Shown here: piece after piece, positions 25,044-38,029 of the stretch | Position numbering within the stretch: position 1 is the stretch's first letter | How the letters are laid out: every line of letters begins with the position of its first letter | Source of the DNA: Callorhinchus milii | Lineage: Eukaryota | Length of the DNA stretch: 64,000 bases | Assembly: GCF_018977255.1 (NCBI RefSeq) | Contig: NW_024704743.1 | Location: 58,468,001-58,532,000, forward strand | Direction of reading: 5' to 3' | Program-made: the position numbers and the translations under genes | The notes under the pieces: generated by a model | Databases searched by the model: none | Told to the model about the DNA's origin: nothing | The model's input: only the letters and a program-made list of their open reading frames with translations

Positions 25044-26547
25044 CTGAAGCCACATGATTAAATGAATGCTTGTTACCTTATAACTGCAACAGCAGATAAC
25101 ACTTCGAGCAAAGAATTCATAAGCAGGACGAGTATTTATTTTGCATACATTTGTACATACTGTGAGTCCATTTTCTTCACATTATCAGAGTGCCATGCAG
25201 AGAACTGTGCAAAAAGAATTAAATTCTGTGACATGGGCTCTTATTTCATGTCACTCAATCCAAAGTACAATAAGTTCTTAGTTTGAATACACTTTAACTG
25301 CAACACATATCATTTTCTCATTAAATAGTCAAACAATTAATACATTGTAAGCTTTAAGATAATAAATGTGAGCTCATACCTAGATTCCACTATTAGTTTG
25401 GTCCTTATAAGTATTCCAGGCAGGTAGTCTGAAATGTCACCTTAAGCCTTAAATACTTGGACAGACTGAACTGGCTTAAAACAAAATCCTGACAGTTTGA
25501 GAAATTAAGTTTTGTCAATCGATAAAGACATAAAAGAAGAAATGTATTTAAAAAGAATAAAACATTGCAAAGTTATTTATTCTAAGAAAAATTGTTCTAT
25601 TTATAGATTCTACAAAGGATATAAAAAGGTGCCACCCTTTGAAAGAATCATCCACAATGCTACTCTCTGGATATATCAGCTATATATAGCTAGAACACAC
25701 ACACATTGGCTTCCAGAGAACTCAAAGAGGTTCTGAATGAACTCTAAAGAGGATTTGGGTTTCTCACTATATTACAAGTGAATTAACCAGGCAAGAAACC
25801 AGCTCTGCTAACTGAGCCTAGCCAAACTGCACATCACATAACAGGAGTATGTTTTACAGAATGTCTTCATAAGGAATCTAAGTCCCTTATGGCAACCAGA
25901 ATATGTCATGAGAACCCACAGGAACTCTGTTCCGGCACAATCTACTTCTGCAGATTTATTACTCAAGGATAAATTCAATTTAAAATTCAAATAGGAATCC
26001 CATTAAGAAATAAGGCAATTAACCCACAATATCGGCATATCATTTGCCATTTTGGTGTTATTTTAAATACAGTCACTATACTCTGTGAAGTACTATGAGA
26101 TGTTTCAATGTGATACGGTGTGATACAAATGCAAAGATTATTTTTTATTATTACCATAAATCAAGGGTATTTTGATTGGGCTGATGAAGCAGATGAAAGC
26201 CTCCTTTAGCATGCTCGGGATTTGTTGGTTGGCTGTTGAATGACCAGACACTGGCAGCTGTAGCTGATGGATCCTCTTCTCTTTGTTGGTATGCTCACAA
26301 TCTACAGAGAGTCCTGTGGAGGGTTCTGTCGCAACCATTTAGATTTAACGTTTAGTGTAAGGTCTGGAGACTGAATAAGCACTCCGAGAGGCTGCCCCAC
26401 GTGAAAGGCGCTATATAAATGCAAGTTGTTGTTATTGACTGCCTTGATATCAGAGGCTGTGACGTGCTTCTCCTTAACAGGCGTCTTACCATTCTCATCA
26501 GCACTCTCCTGCATCATGAAGATGGGATCTGAGGGTAATTCATCTGT

Positions 26548-26997
26548 CATCTTGAATTTAAGATCCTCATCCTCACCTACAAGGCCATTCACGGCCTTGC
26601 TCCCTCCTACCTCTCTGACCTACTATCCCCCTACTTACTTGCCCGTATTTTCCATTCCTCTGGCTCCGGTCTGCTCCACATCCCCCGCCCCAACCGCTCT
26701 ACCATCGGTGGCCGGGCCTTCAGCCTCTCAGCCCCTAGGCTCTGGACCTCCATCCCCCAGCACCTTCGCCTTGCCTCCTCCCTTTCCTCCTTCAAGGCCG
26801 GTCTCAAGACCTTTCTCTTTGATTGTGCCTTCAGCTCCCCTCTCGACTCTCTACCCCCTCCTCGCTCCCTCCCTTCCCTCCCCTCATCCTGACCATTTCC
26901 CCCCTGCTCGAGTCTCGACCCAACTGTCCAGCACCTTGGGACGTCCTCCTGACGTGAAAGGCGCTCTATAAATGAAATCTTGTTATTGTTGTTGTTG
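26548..26997 (+). mobile_element. Young L2 3' fragment of the same subfamily as 48143-50672
   Basis: Near-identical 3' UTR (…tcctgaccatttcccccctgct…gacccaactgt…), stem-loop, (TTG)n. Confidence 0.95.
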
Positions 26998-27352
26998 TCA
27001 GCCTGGCTCAGTTGGTAGCTCACTCACTTCGAGGACAGAAGGTTGTGGCTTCAAGCTTAATATTGGGACTTTGAGCTCACTGTCACAGTCCTGTGTATTC
27101 AAGACAGACATTCCAGTGTAGCTGGATGAAACATTAAACCTAAGGTACCATTTGCTTCCTCAGGTGGACGTCCCGGTATCCTGGTCAACAATCCTCTACA
27201 TAAAATTGGTCATTCAATTATTGGTTGTTTGTGGGACACTGCTGTGTGCAAATTGACTGTTGCACTAGTGTACAAATTACAGTCACTGAATTTTACAGTT
27301 AATCCTGTGCTCCTGACATGAAAGATGCTATATCAAATGCAAAGATTATTAT
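26996..27352 (+). mobile_element. Old Deu-domain SINE
   Basis: tgtcagcctggctcagttggtagc head, caggtggacgt core, L2-type tail. Confidence 0.82.
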
Positions 27353-28589
27353 TTTTTCATGATGCATTTCATGTGATAATTGTCGATTGAAATGCATTAT
27401 GAAACTGCACTAATTTGATCCATGTGTATTAAACCACATATTTTTACCGATTACTTCAGAAGACAGAGAACAAGTTATTAAATTATTTACTCGAAGCATA
27501 GCAAGCGACTATGGAGACAGCATTCATGTTATTTGCATTATACGTGCTCTTTGAGAGCCTAACTGAGTGTTACTAGCACACTTATTACTTAATGTCTTAT
27601 GAATACTGCTATTATTATTTTTTATTGATGAGCCATTTCAAAAAACAATCTATTATTTTTCAGAATCAGAATACTCATCTAAATGATTCAAATGGTGCCA
27701 TTTTCCAGGCCAAATAAACCCACTTTGAGAAAGCCATGTTGGACCTCTGCAAGTGTCTTCTGCTGTGTGTGTAAATTCAGCTATACTGGCACATCGCCAA
27801 TATAAGGTGCTTCAAGATATTCATCCTACAGGGGAGGCATTATATGAGCACCATATAAATGCGATTGTTGTTGTTCTTATTATTGTGTGATACACTATTC
27901 TTTATATGCAACAGTTTCATAGAATTTGGCAAGAAAACAGTAAATTAAAAATGTTTCATACATGTCGTTGAAATCCAAGCATTGAATCTTATTCAATTTT
28001 TTCAGGTCTTATAGCTAAAAGTATACTACTGACTGTCACTGTAGAGAACTATCTGAAACTTATGTCTGACTTAACTGATTGCCACTGCGGCTTCATTTTT
28101 CCTCCAGTGATGCTGTCCCTCCAGCTTGTACACTTGATCTGCTGCATTGTGAAAGATAGACAAGACAGGAACATTTCTCTTATCTCACTATTACAAGGCC
28201 AGCCACAATCCATCAACAAGGAGAATTCATTTCTCCTTCTCTCCTGACCTTGACGCAAAACACAAGAAAGACGTCTGTTTCGAATAACAGTTCTGAAGAG
28301 TAAAAATGCATTGTCTGCTCGGTCATGTAACAGATCACCCAAAGGCATCAAAGTAGTTACGCACAGAGTACAGTATTGTGGAACAAGTGCTTCATGATGA
28401 TTCCAATCTGATCTTATAGGTTCTTTTGAGTTTTCTTGTTGTAAGAAATTCCTACAAAATAATTTGATAGCATTTCACACAAGCAGAGTAATTGTATTGG
28501 AAAACATTGAGTTTTAGCTTCTCTTTTTATGCAGGATTAAAGGATGTTCATGAAGATTTAAGATGTTGCATTTTAAAGATGGGAATCTA

Positions 28590-28830
28590 GGAAAACAGAA
28601 ACAAGAGGGACAGAAGGAGATCATTTAGCTGTTTGAGCCTGTTGTTGCATCAGTTTATTAGATCTTGGCAGATCTTTTAATCCCAGTACCCCACCCTTTC
28701 ACCATACCCCTTAATATCTCTACTGCATTAATATCTACTTATCATTCTTTTAAGCATCTTGAGTTCTACCTATACAACTTCCTGGGGCCAAGCATTTTGC
28801 ATCTTTACAACCCTCAGTGTGAAGAAATAA
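28590..28830 (-). mobile_element. Degraded CR1 3' fragment
   Basis: Tail-like gaaacaagag...cagaaggagatcattta and caaccctcagtgtgaagaa (antisense FFTLRVV). Confidence 0.6.
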
Positions 28831-29699
28831 TAATATAGTACCTTATCATGTCGTTCAGATGTCTCAAAGCACTTCACAGAATATATTGTAAATCGGATTG
28901 ACTTTACAATATATTTTTTGATTGATTGAATTGTTATAACCCTCTTGTTTCTGAATTTAAATCTATGCCCCTTTGCAATGGAACCTTCTCTGCTCTAAGA
29001 AATATAACCCCAGTCTACCCAGCCTCTTACTGATACTTAAAAATAGAAACAAACTGTTGGTGGATCAACACAAAATTCGGTCTTTAGTTTTATTTGGCAT
29101 TTTTAACTGGACCATGGAAAGAGAAAAAAGATACCAGAAATTGGGTTGCATCATAAAAAAACCTGGATTAATGCAGGCATACTTTGTAAGTCCTTCAAAC
29201 ATAATACTATATCAAGATGCATAAAAGAGGATTTGTGCATCTGCAATTCAGTCATTCATCACCAAAGTCAATCTCAAACTATCGGAATAGAAAGAAACCA
29301 CAGGGGAACATTTCCAGTATATTTGGGTACATTTCCTCTAATAGTCAATTGCAAGATGGCAAGAGGCAAGACTTTGGCAAGATGAGGGAGAAACTAATCT
29401 AATAAAATATGTAACAGGGAAATGGGCAGACTGAGAAAGGGAATGGAAAAATATATACAAGTATCCAATTAATTTCTTGCCATTTTTATGTTTCAATATT
29501 GGGTCCAGCAATTATTTTGGTTACCTGTGTAGCTATTTGCTCCTTCTCTGTTGTCTTCATCTACTGTTTACTCTATTACAAATATCCATCATCCCATTTC
29601 ATTGGACTCTTTCAATATCTCAGAGTTTACTCGATGTTCAAAATTCTGCCTCTGAAACCTCTTCTCCGAGCATGTGTTGGTGGTCATCATTTAACATTT

Positions 29700-30845
29700 T
29701 AACAACAATACATTTTGTGTTGGGAGGACGTCCTAAGGCACTGGACAGTTAGTGTTTTGAACCCGAGCTGAGGTTCGGGATTGGGGACGGTAGAGGGCAG
29801 GGGGGGAAGGAGGGTGATCAAATGCACGGTCGAAGAGGAGGGTCTTGAGATGGTTATTGAAGGAGGCAAGGGAGGGGATGAAGCGGAGGGTCTGTGGGAT
29901 GGAGTTCCAGAGGGTGGGGGCAGAGTGGCTGAAGGCCCGCCCGCCAATGGTGGGGCAGGCGTGGAGGGGGGCGGGCAGGTTAGTATGGAGTTAGGAGGTC
30001 GCAGAGGTAGGGGGGAGCAAGGTCATGGAGGGCTTTGAAGGTGAGGACTAGGATCTTGAACTGTATCCTCCATGTGATGGAAAGCCAGTAGATTTGGGTG
30101 AGGATGAGGGTGATAGGGCCGCTGAGCTTGGTGCAGGAGAGGACATGGGCTCCAGAATTCTGGATGATCTGCAGACTATGGACGGAGGAGTTGGGGAGAC
30201 CGACATGCAATGAGTTTGCATAGTCAAGCCTGGATGTTATGAGTGGTGTATGAGGATTTTGGTGGCCTGCGGTGTGAGACAGTGGCGGAGCTGGGCGATG
30301 TTGTGGAGGTGGGTGAAGGCAGAGCAGGTCATGGCACAGATGTGGGGTAGAAAGGATAGTTGAGGGTCAAACAAGTCACCAAGGTTCCGGATTGGCTCAG
30401 TGAGGTGGAGTTTGCAACCATAGATGGTCATTCTGTCAGCACCTGAGGTGTGGAGTGATCCTCAGGGTAGCCAATCAGGAGAGAAATCCAAGTTGTTGTT
30501 GTTGTTGGAAGTTGACCCCATATCTGTGGATGATGTCACCAAGAGGGAGCATATAGATAATGAAGAGGAGGGGAACAAGGACAGAGCCCTGAGGAATGCT
30601 GCACAAGATGGTGTGGGGCCTAGAGGAGAAACCGTTTGTGGCGATGAAGTGGAGGTGGTGTGAGAGATAGAATCTGAACAATTCAAGGACAAAACCATGA
30701 AGGTTGAGGTGACAGGAGAGGCGGAGGAGAAGGATAGAGTGGTCAATGGTATCCAAGGCAGCAGAGAGGTCAAGGAGGACGAGGAGGCAGAGGGAGCCCT
30801 GGTCTCAGATGGACAGAATGTCATTTGTCACTTTGACCAAAGCAG
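29700..30845 (-). mobile_element. L2 RT to 3' fragment with internal deletions
   Basis: DTIDHSILLLRL, IPQGSVLVPLLF, IRNLGDLFD, IQFKILVL, stem-loop and tail; the YADD segment is missing. Confidence 0.92.
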
Positions 30846-30928
30846 TCAATAACAAACCTTAACAATATTAATCCTTGATTTAATATACAGCCTTTCAGAT
30901 CAGCACAATGTAAATCCTGTGAAACGTT

Positions 30929-31257
30929 ATAATCCTTGCATTTGATAATCCTTGCATTTGATATAGCGCTTTTCACGTTGGGAGGACGTCCCAAAGCACT
31001 TCACAGAACACACTGTAAAGTGAATTGACTATATATTTGTGGGCGAACGCGGCAGCCAATTGCGCACAGCAATGTCCCACAAACAGTCGCAGATTGAAAA
31101 TGACCAATTTATTATTGTTTTTGGTTTTGGAGGGATTATTATTAGGCTCTGTGTGGAGTAAGGAAACTTGCCCAAGGTTTCGCCCTCTGCCTGGAATTGA
31201 ACTCAGGTCTCTCGCTTGCAAAGCGAGTGCTCTAACCACTGAGCTACAGGACTCCAC
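30929..31257 (-). mobile_element. Young tRNA-Ala(TGC) SINE (SINE2-1_CM-like) inserted into an older SINE tail
   Basis: Near-identical to 33519-33844; ACGTT on both flanks; 16-nt tail unit ATAATCCTTGCATTTG duplicated. Confidence 0.96.
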
Positions 31258-31321
31258 GTTTGAGACATCCTCCTGATGTGAAAGGCGCTATACCAAATGC
31301 AAGGATTATTATCATTATTAT

Positions 31322-31600
31322 AACACAATACAAAATTACATTTGTATAGTGCCTTTCACATTGGGAGGACATCCCAAAGCGCTGAACAGTCAGGGATTAG
31401 GACCCAAGTGGGGAGTTTTGGGGTCAGGGAGGCTGGAGGGCAGAGACGGTAGGAGGGTGGCCAAAGAGGAGTGACTTGAGGAATGCCTTGAATGAGGCAA
31501 GGGAGGGAGCGAGGCGAAGGGACTGTGGGATGGAATTTCAGAGAGTGGGTAGAGAGGCTGAAGGCCCGTCCGTTGATGGTGGGGCGAGCCAGGCAGGGAC
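31322..31600 (-). mobile_element. L2 3' fragment
   Basis: Stem-loop and 3' UTR in antisense. Confidence 0.85.
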
Positions 31601-31834
31601 ATAATATCTCAAAGTGCTTCACAAAATTCGCTGCAAAGTGTAGTGACTGTATTTTTATAGGTAAACACCTAATAGAACATCTAACTTAGATAACATCTGA
31701 AAAAAAACTAAAAGAAACTGGGAAAGAACACATGGCAATCAAATATGTATTAATGCAATGCCAAGTCAATCATTATTTTACTCCAAAGTTGACATAATAC
31801 CAAATAATAAAGTGGGTTAAAAATTAATTATTAA

Positions 31835-32130
31835 TTACAATAATCCTTACATTTGGTAAAGTATGTTTTACATCGGGAAGACATCCCAAATCACTTCACA
31901 GGATATACTGTAAAATGTAATGACTGTGTGTTTTGGGGGAAACACGGCAACTAAATTGCACACAGCAACGTCCCACAAATATCCACAAAGTGAATGATCA
32001 ATTTTATTTGGGGGATTGTAGGCCAGGACACTGAGGAGAAATTCCTTCTCTTTTCAAATAAGGCCATAGATTTTTTTAATGTCCACTTGAACAAACGGAT
32101 GGGATTTTGATTTAAAGTCTCCTCCAAAGG
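31835..32130 (-). mobile_element. Old Deu-SINE, 5'-truncated
   Basis: Tail and core (ggccaggacactgaggagaa; aatgtccacttgaaca). Confidence 0.8.
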
Positions 32131-32719
32131 AATTATTGTCAATATTAGCATTGGATTTTTTTATATCTTTTACCTTGGTGTCTGCTCCTTTCAGATATGC
32201 TGGGACCAAGTTGTCAGAAATGTAATCAACATCAGTACTGTTTGCTTTTCATATTGTTAATAGCTTGAGGTTCCTGTGATTTTGCTGCAATTAGCCAACT
32301 CGCCCTATGTGATTACCATCTGCACACCGCTGTGCTGCAGCACCAGTTCCCAGCTCCCCTCAACAATATAAAAATACATACACACGGGGTGGGGGGGTGG
32401 GGGGAAGTTGAAAATGTGACATTCACAAACCGGAAGTTGTTCCAGTAACTGTAACTTCTGTTTAGTACCCACTCCCTAAGGCAGTGGTGGTCAACGTTTC
32501 GGCCCCCCAAAAATATTTTAGACAAGGTTTGAAAGCAAAGAGGGAGGGACCGAGCAAGAGCAATTTTCATCAAAATAAATATTCTGGATAAATCAAGAAA
32601 TATTCGATCAAGAGAAACTGGAAACACACTGTTGTATTAAAATAGACTCACTTAGATAGTGTGAATGTTCAGTGGGCCATACCTGGTTGGGTTGGCCACA
32701 GCTACCTTAACGACCATGT

Positions 32720-32945
32720 TTCATGTCCTTTCAGCCACTTTGCCTCCACTCTCTGGAACTCTTTCTCAAATTCACTCCTCCTCAGTCCCTCCCTTTTTGT
32801 TTTCAAACCTATCTAAAAGCTATCTTTGTCTGTGTGTTTGGCCACTTCCCCGTTTCCGTCCCCTATGATTCACCACCCTACCCAATCTTTTCAAAGTTCT
32901 TTGTGATGTGCTCCTATGTGAAAGACAATATATAAGTGCAAGTTA
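32720..32945 (+). mobile_element. Degraded L2 3' end
   Basis: cctttcagccac...ctctggaactc...gtgaaagacaatatataagtgcaagtt. Confidence 0.6.
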
Positions 32946-33518
32946 AAGTTGTACCTAAAATGAAGTGATTCAGTGTCAAATTCAACACCAAAATCTATGG
33001 GGGGAACCTAAACAAAATCCCAATCCTGGAAGCGGATATAGGCTACTTGTCTTTCTGATCTTTCATTGGCCTTGGAGTGATAAAAGCTAGACTGGGTGGA
33101 ATCATCACTTTTGACTTGCAGTCGATCATAGACAGCACTTTTGTTTTTAGACAGTTTCAAGAAAGTATCTCACAGAAGGTAAGAATTCAAAATACTAACT
33201 TATATAATAAAAAATAATCCTTCCAGTTGGTACAACGCTTTGAAGTCAGGAATACGTTCCAAAGCGCTTCACAGGATATACTCCACACAGTACATACTGT
33301 ATGCTTTTGCTGGTCTTCGGGATGATTTTTAACTCACTTTAGTACCAAATCTGGAAATGAATTGTGCAATTTCAGGAACATAGCAACATAGGAATTTGCA
33401 AGACCAAAAAGACCAATGTGGTCCTGCACACAACAGGCCGAACAAAAATAAATAATTTGGGGATATATTTGTTTCACAAGTGCAGCCAAATGTGCCAATG
33501 AAAACCAAGTGGAGTTTT

Positions 33519-33844
33519 GTGGAGTCCTGTAGCTCAGTGGTTAGAGCACTCGCTTTGCAAGTGAGAGACCTGAGTTCAATTCCAGGCAGAGGGCGAAACC
33601 TTGGGCAAGTTTCCTTACTCCACACAGAGCCTAATAATAATCCCTCCAAAACCAAAAACAATAATAAATTGGTCATTTTCAATCAACGACTGTTTGTGGG
33701 ACATTGCTGTGCGCAATTGGCTGCCGCGTTCGCCCACAAATATACAGTCAATTCACTTTACAGTGTGTTCTGTGAAGCGCTTTGGGACGTCCTCCCGACG
33801 TGAAAAGCGCTATATTAAATGCAAGGATTATTATTATTATTATT
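33519..33844 (+). mobile_element. Young tRNA-Ala(TGC) SINE (SINE2-1_CM-like), full length
   Basis: A box TAGCTCAGTGG, anticodon arm CTCGC-TTTGCAA-GTGAG, B box GAGTTCAATTCC, body gtttgtgggacattgctgtgcgcaattggctgccgcgt, L2-type stem-loop, (TTA)n. Confidence 0.96.
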
Positions 33845-34315
33845 AAATGCTGAATATAGGTAGATTTCCCCCACAAACCTAAATGCATTTATGTATATTG
33901 ACAATGACATATTCTGCAATTGAACATCACGTGTAATGTGCTCCACGACTTGACAAATAATTTATGATTTAATGATTTAATAACTTTTGATTTAATAAGA
34001 ATTTAACTCTTTTAAGAGAATCACTTTTGATGTCCAGCCATTGGGGAAGCAATTTGGCTTAAAACCCTCCTATCTTTTACCTCCAGGGCAAAATAGAAAT
34101 CCAGCAAGAACATGCAGAATGGATGTGTCCTCTCTGATAGGTGTTAAAGATCTTGAATGAAAGGAATTTAGTCAGTTTAAATACAGTTTCCAGGAAACAT
34201 GAGTCAACAGCACAAAATTACTCTCCAACTCAATATTTGTGGCATTAGCTAGTTCATTGCACTGAGATAAACATTAGAGTAAATCCTGTAGTGTGGAAAG
34301 TAGAAGAGTCACACT

Positions 34316-34334
34316 GGTCCAGTAGGGGGCGCTC
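34316..34334 (+). promoter_or_regulatory. CTCF binding motif
   Basis: CCAGTAGGGGGCGC at 34319-34332 fits CCASYAGRKGGCRS exactly and lies in non-repeat sequence. Confidence 0.6.
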
Positions 34335-34529
34335 CTTCCTATTCTATGGTTAAAATATTCTGAGCACTTCTAGAACTGATATCATATTCCCTATTGCACC
34401 CAACATAGGCATCTTTAAATAGTGGATAGACGCAGATAGCTGACATTTGAGGGTTATGGTAGGGTAATATATTATTTGCACTGGTCAGCAAGTCAGTAAT
34501 AAAAGGGCACAAATTTAACACAATCACAA

Positions 34530-34775
34530 AAAGGATTAATGGGGAGACCAGAAAACAAAATGCCTTTACAAAGAGGGTGGTTGGAATGTGGAATTTTCAT
34601 CCACAAAGTGTTGAGGCAGTGCACATAAGATATTTAAAGAGGGAATTAGACAGATACTTGAAAAAGCAGATTGTGGAGAATAAGCAGGAGAATGGGATAA
34701 GACTCATTGTGGAGAAAAAACACAAGCAAAGACTTGATGGGCCAAATAGTTTGCTTCTGTGCTGCAGCATTTTTT
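34530..34775 (+). mobile_element. CR1 3' fragment
   Basis: FTKRVVGMWN...KRELDRYL followed by a CR1-type 3' UTR. Confidence 0.78.
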
Positions 34776-34839
34776 GGTCAGACAGTAAATCCAGAGCACG
34801 CCACATACACATATATTTCACATTAAAGAATAGAATACA

Positions 34840-35130
34840 TCCTTCAGATAAGATATTAAACCGAGGTCCTGTCTGCCTGTTCAGATGGACGACAATCAGA
34901 TAGATTGTCCCCACGGAACAATTTGAAGAGAGAAGGGAGTTTCTCCTGATATCAATTCCCAGATAAAATTGGTCATTGGCTGTTTGTAGGTGTTGCTGGG
35001 TGTAAATTGTGCATGTTTTGTGCAGCTAGTCTTTAAAATTTTGACACTTTACAGTAAATGCTATGAAACGATTGGAGACGTCCTCCTAACGTAACAAGCA
35101 CTATATCAAAAGAAAAAAATATTATTATAA
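34840..35130 (+). mobile_element. Old Deu-SINE, 5'-truncated
   Basis: ttaaaccgaggtcctgtctgcctgttcagatggacg core and tail. Confidence 0.8.
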
Positions 35131-35554
35131 AAAGACAGTTAATCTAATGTAGCTCAGAATTTTTTTCTGTACAATATTGTAATATTTATGCCTAAACATT
35201 GAGTAGCTTCTGTACTACTACCATTGTTCCATTTTTACCTCTATACTAAACTGTTCTAAGGCTTTCTTGTGGTTTTTTACTACTACAATATCAGTAGTTA
35301 CCCAGGTCAGAGACTTTTTTTCAGTGTGGGAACTATTGTAGGTTAATTTGTGTATTCTAGTAGCTCGTCCTCATTCAATATCATCAAATGCTTTTTTTCT
35401 TCCCAGTGTTAAGCATTGATTAAGCTTTGTTACAGTTCTCAAGTTGCCCTTGACAATGATATTGCTATTTTGTTGTTTGCTGTCATTTATTCTATGATAG
35501 CATTATATCCCGTGATTGCTTATAATAAATAACATTGGATCACATGAGCAAATG

Positions 35555-35960
35555 TGGAGGTTAGGAGAATTTTTCACAAACACACACACACAGTAGTTAG
35601 GATATGGAATGCCCTGCTGAGAGCAGTGGTTGAGGCAGCTTTCAAAAGGGAACTAAATAAATACCTAAAAATGAGTCAACTATAAGGAATGGAAAAAGAG
35701 CAGGTAAATGGTAATGAACGGATAGCTCTTCAAAGAACTAGCACGCATAAATGGGCTGAATGGACTTTACTGAGCTGTAAATTTATTTGGTTCTAATGTG
35801 GTTCTCTATTTTGAAACCCCACCTCTTCTTTTTAACACTATTATAGAAATGTAGAAACATAGAATTCTACAGCACAGAAGGCAGTTATTGGACCCATCAA
35901 GTCTGCATCAGCTCACAGAGCAAGCAGATCACTTCCGTCCATTTCCTCATCCTCCAACCT
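35555..35960. mobile_element. Two CR1 3' ends, tail to tail (+ at ~35555-35795, - at ~35840-35960)
   Basis: VVRIWNAL motif with atgggctgaatgg; antisense tail catagaattctacagcacagaagg. Confidence 0.72.
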
Positions 35961-38029
35961 AAACATTACAGCTGTTTTGTGGACTATTTGTTCTGTGAAG
36001 CGCTTTGAAACGTCTCGGCAACATGATAATCAAGTGCAAGTGCAAGGTTATTTATATGTTTTATATTCTGCACTATTGATTCAGTCAGATACTGCACCAT
36101 TAATTACTTTTATTGAGAAGTGTGTGCAGCGTACGGGAAGCAACATGGTAGTAACCAATGACCTGTCAATTGGTTATATTCAAATATACTGAGCTAATTC
36201 AACCAACTAATTTATCTCTGTATAAGATACTTGCATTTTCAAATGAGAAAATGACAATCCAGAGAAAGGCAGAGTATGCATTCAATCTTCTGCCAGTTAA
36301 TGACATGGTCATGACTATCAAATCTGTCTCTAATGGGGGCAGAGGAGCAAAACAAAGAGACAATTCTTAACCTAATGTTGCAAATAAAGAATTATATCTG
36401 CCCTTCAAAAGAAGAGGGAATGTTAACATAAGTGTCAAATATCATCTGTGTTTTTCCATAGATAACATAGTTTAATTCGAATTGGCTGTTGTCGTCATCT
36501 TCAAAATACAGTCAATGACTTTTACAATAAATCCTGTAAAGTGTTTTGAGATGTCCCCTTGGCGTGAAAGACACTATAACAAATGCAACCATTGCTATTA
36601 TTTTGATTATTTTCTGCTTGTAACTAATAATGTCTGAGACTTAAAAAACCTCAATCTCTCAACTGCAGCTCTTAAAATTTAAGATTGTGTAGAACTCATG
36701 AAATTTCCTAAATTCAAATTTAATTTGGAAGCCAGTTTTTTGCTGTTCTTAAAAAAAACTGTAGAAAGCCAACTTGATTTAAGAACGAATTTGAGAATTT
36801 TGCAAAATTAACCACTAAGCACAGGAAGTTTTGCCAATGTCACTTCCTGTACGCTATGAACGCTCAGAAATTTATAGTGGATTTATATGGCAACCTTATG
36901 ACCTTTGGTGTACTTCACATATAACTTAGCCATTAAGACTATTGATCCAGACCATCACATAATAACAGGGTTATCCTGTACCGCACGAAGAGCTGAATTC
37001 CTGAGATGCGATTTGAACCCTAACCTAACAAGTGCTACCCCCTGAGCCAGGTTACTGACATCAGTGGTACAAAGACTTTCTAATGAGAAAAGCAAGCTCA
37101 GAGTCGGCCACAACTGTCTTTTTCTCCTCATTATGCATTCATAAGTATATGCCAACGTTTAATCCATTACTGTAATTAAACAGAACAATCATTTTTTCAA
37201 TTAGGAATACACAGAATTTGGACTGTGGTTTAATTATTTGTGTATGCTAGGATGACATTTGGAGCATTATGACAACCAACTGCTGAAATGGATGCAGGGC
37301 ATTGTGATTGCCTTGTGGCCACTCATTAAAATGCTTTGTCATTAGTATGTGAAAGTAGTCTCTCCGAGAAGGAAGCAGCGGTGCAATCATGCAGGTGAAT
37401 ACCTGCCTTGTGTCATGTGTCACTGCAACAAGGGAATGTTTAACGTAATAAAATAACAACATCTATTTACTGCAATTTATACGCTTCTGAGGAGGTACCC
37501 GCTGCCTTACAAGATTTATGATTTGATTTTGATTTTACAAATTAAACATTTCTTGGGAAGAACATACGTTGGAATAATCATTGGTTGATTGTTCCTGACT
37601 TTGCAAACAACCCTTAGTATCCAGAATTTCGAAATGAAGGAGGTAATCAATGCAAATTTCCTGTCTTATTGCGCAAAGCACAGAGCAACATGGATGTTAA
37701 ACTGTGTCAGTCACATCAAATCTGCTTGAAATCTATAAATCCTATTTATACATTCAAAGCCTTAAAAAGGCAAGTAGAAAGGTCAGAGAGTGTGTTCTAT
37801 TGTATTTTTCTTGGTACCTCATTGCTAACATTACTGTATCTTTAATCGGCTGATTCGGACTCCATCAGGACCAGTTAATTCCTCTGGTTGAGTGGCTGCT
37901 GTTTGGCTAAGTTTTCCAACCCTAAAATGGCTCCTGCTGGCAAAATGTTGCTAAACATTTCCAGCATGCCAGTAACTACTCTCTACCTGGTCGCAGAGAG
38001 CTTGCTGGGCTACAAATAGATGATAATAA

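Noticed and set aside
32480..32630. hAT-like MITE (CAGTG...CACTG)
   Set aside because: The TIRs match poorly and there is no 8-bp TSD.
33519..33595. tRNA-Ala gene
   Set aside because: A and B boxes and the anticodon arm are present, but there is no acceptor stem and the sequence runs into a multi-copy SINE body.
30973..33846. Recurrent ORFs MESCSSVVRALALQ... and MTNLLLFLVLEG...
   Set aside because: Chance frames in the young SINE, repeated because the SINE is repeated.
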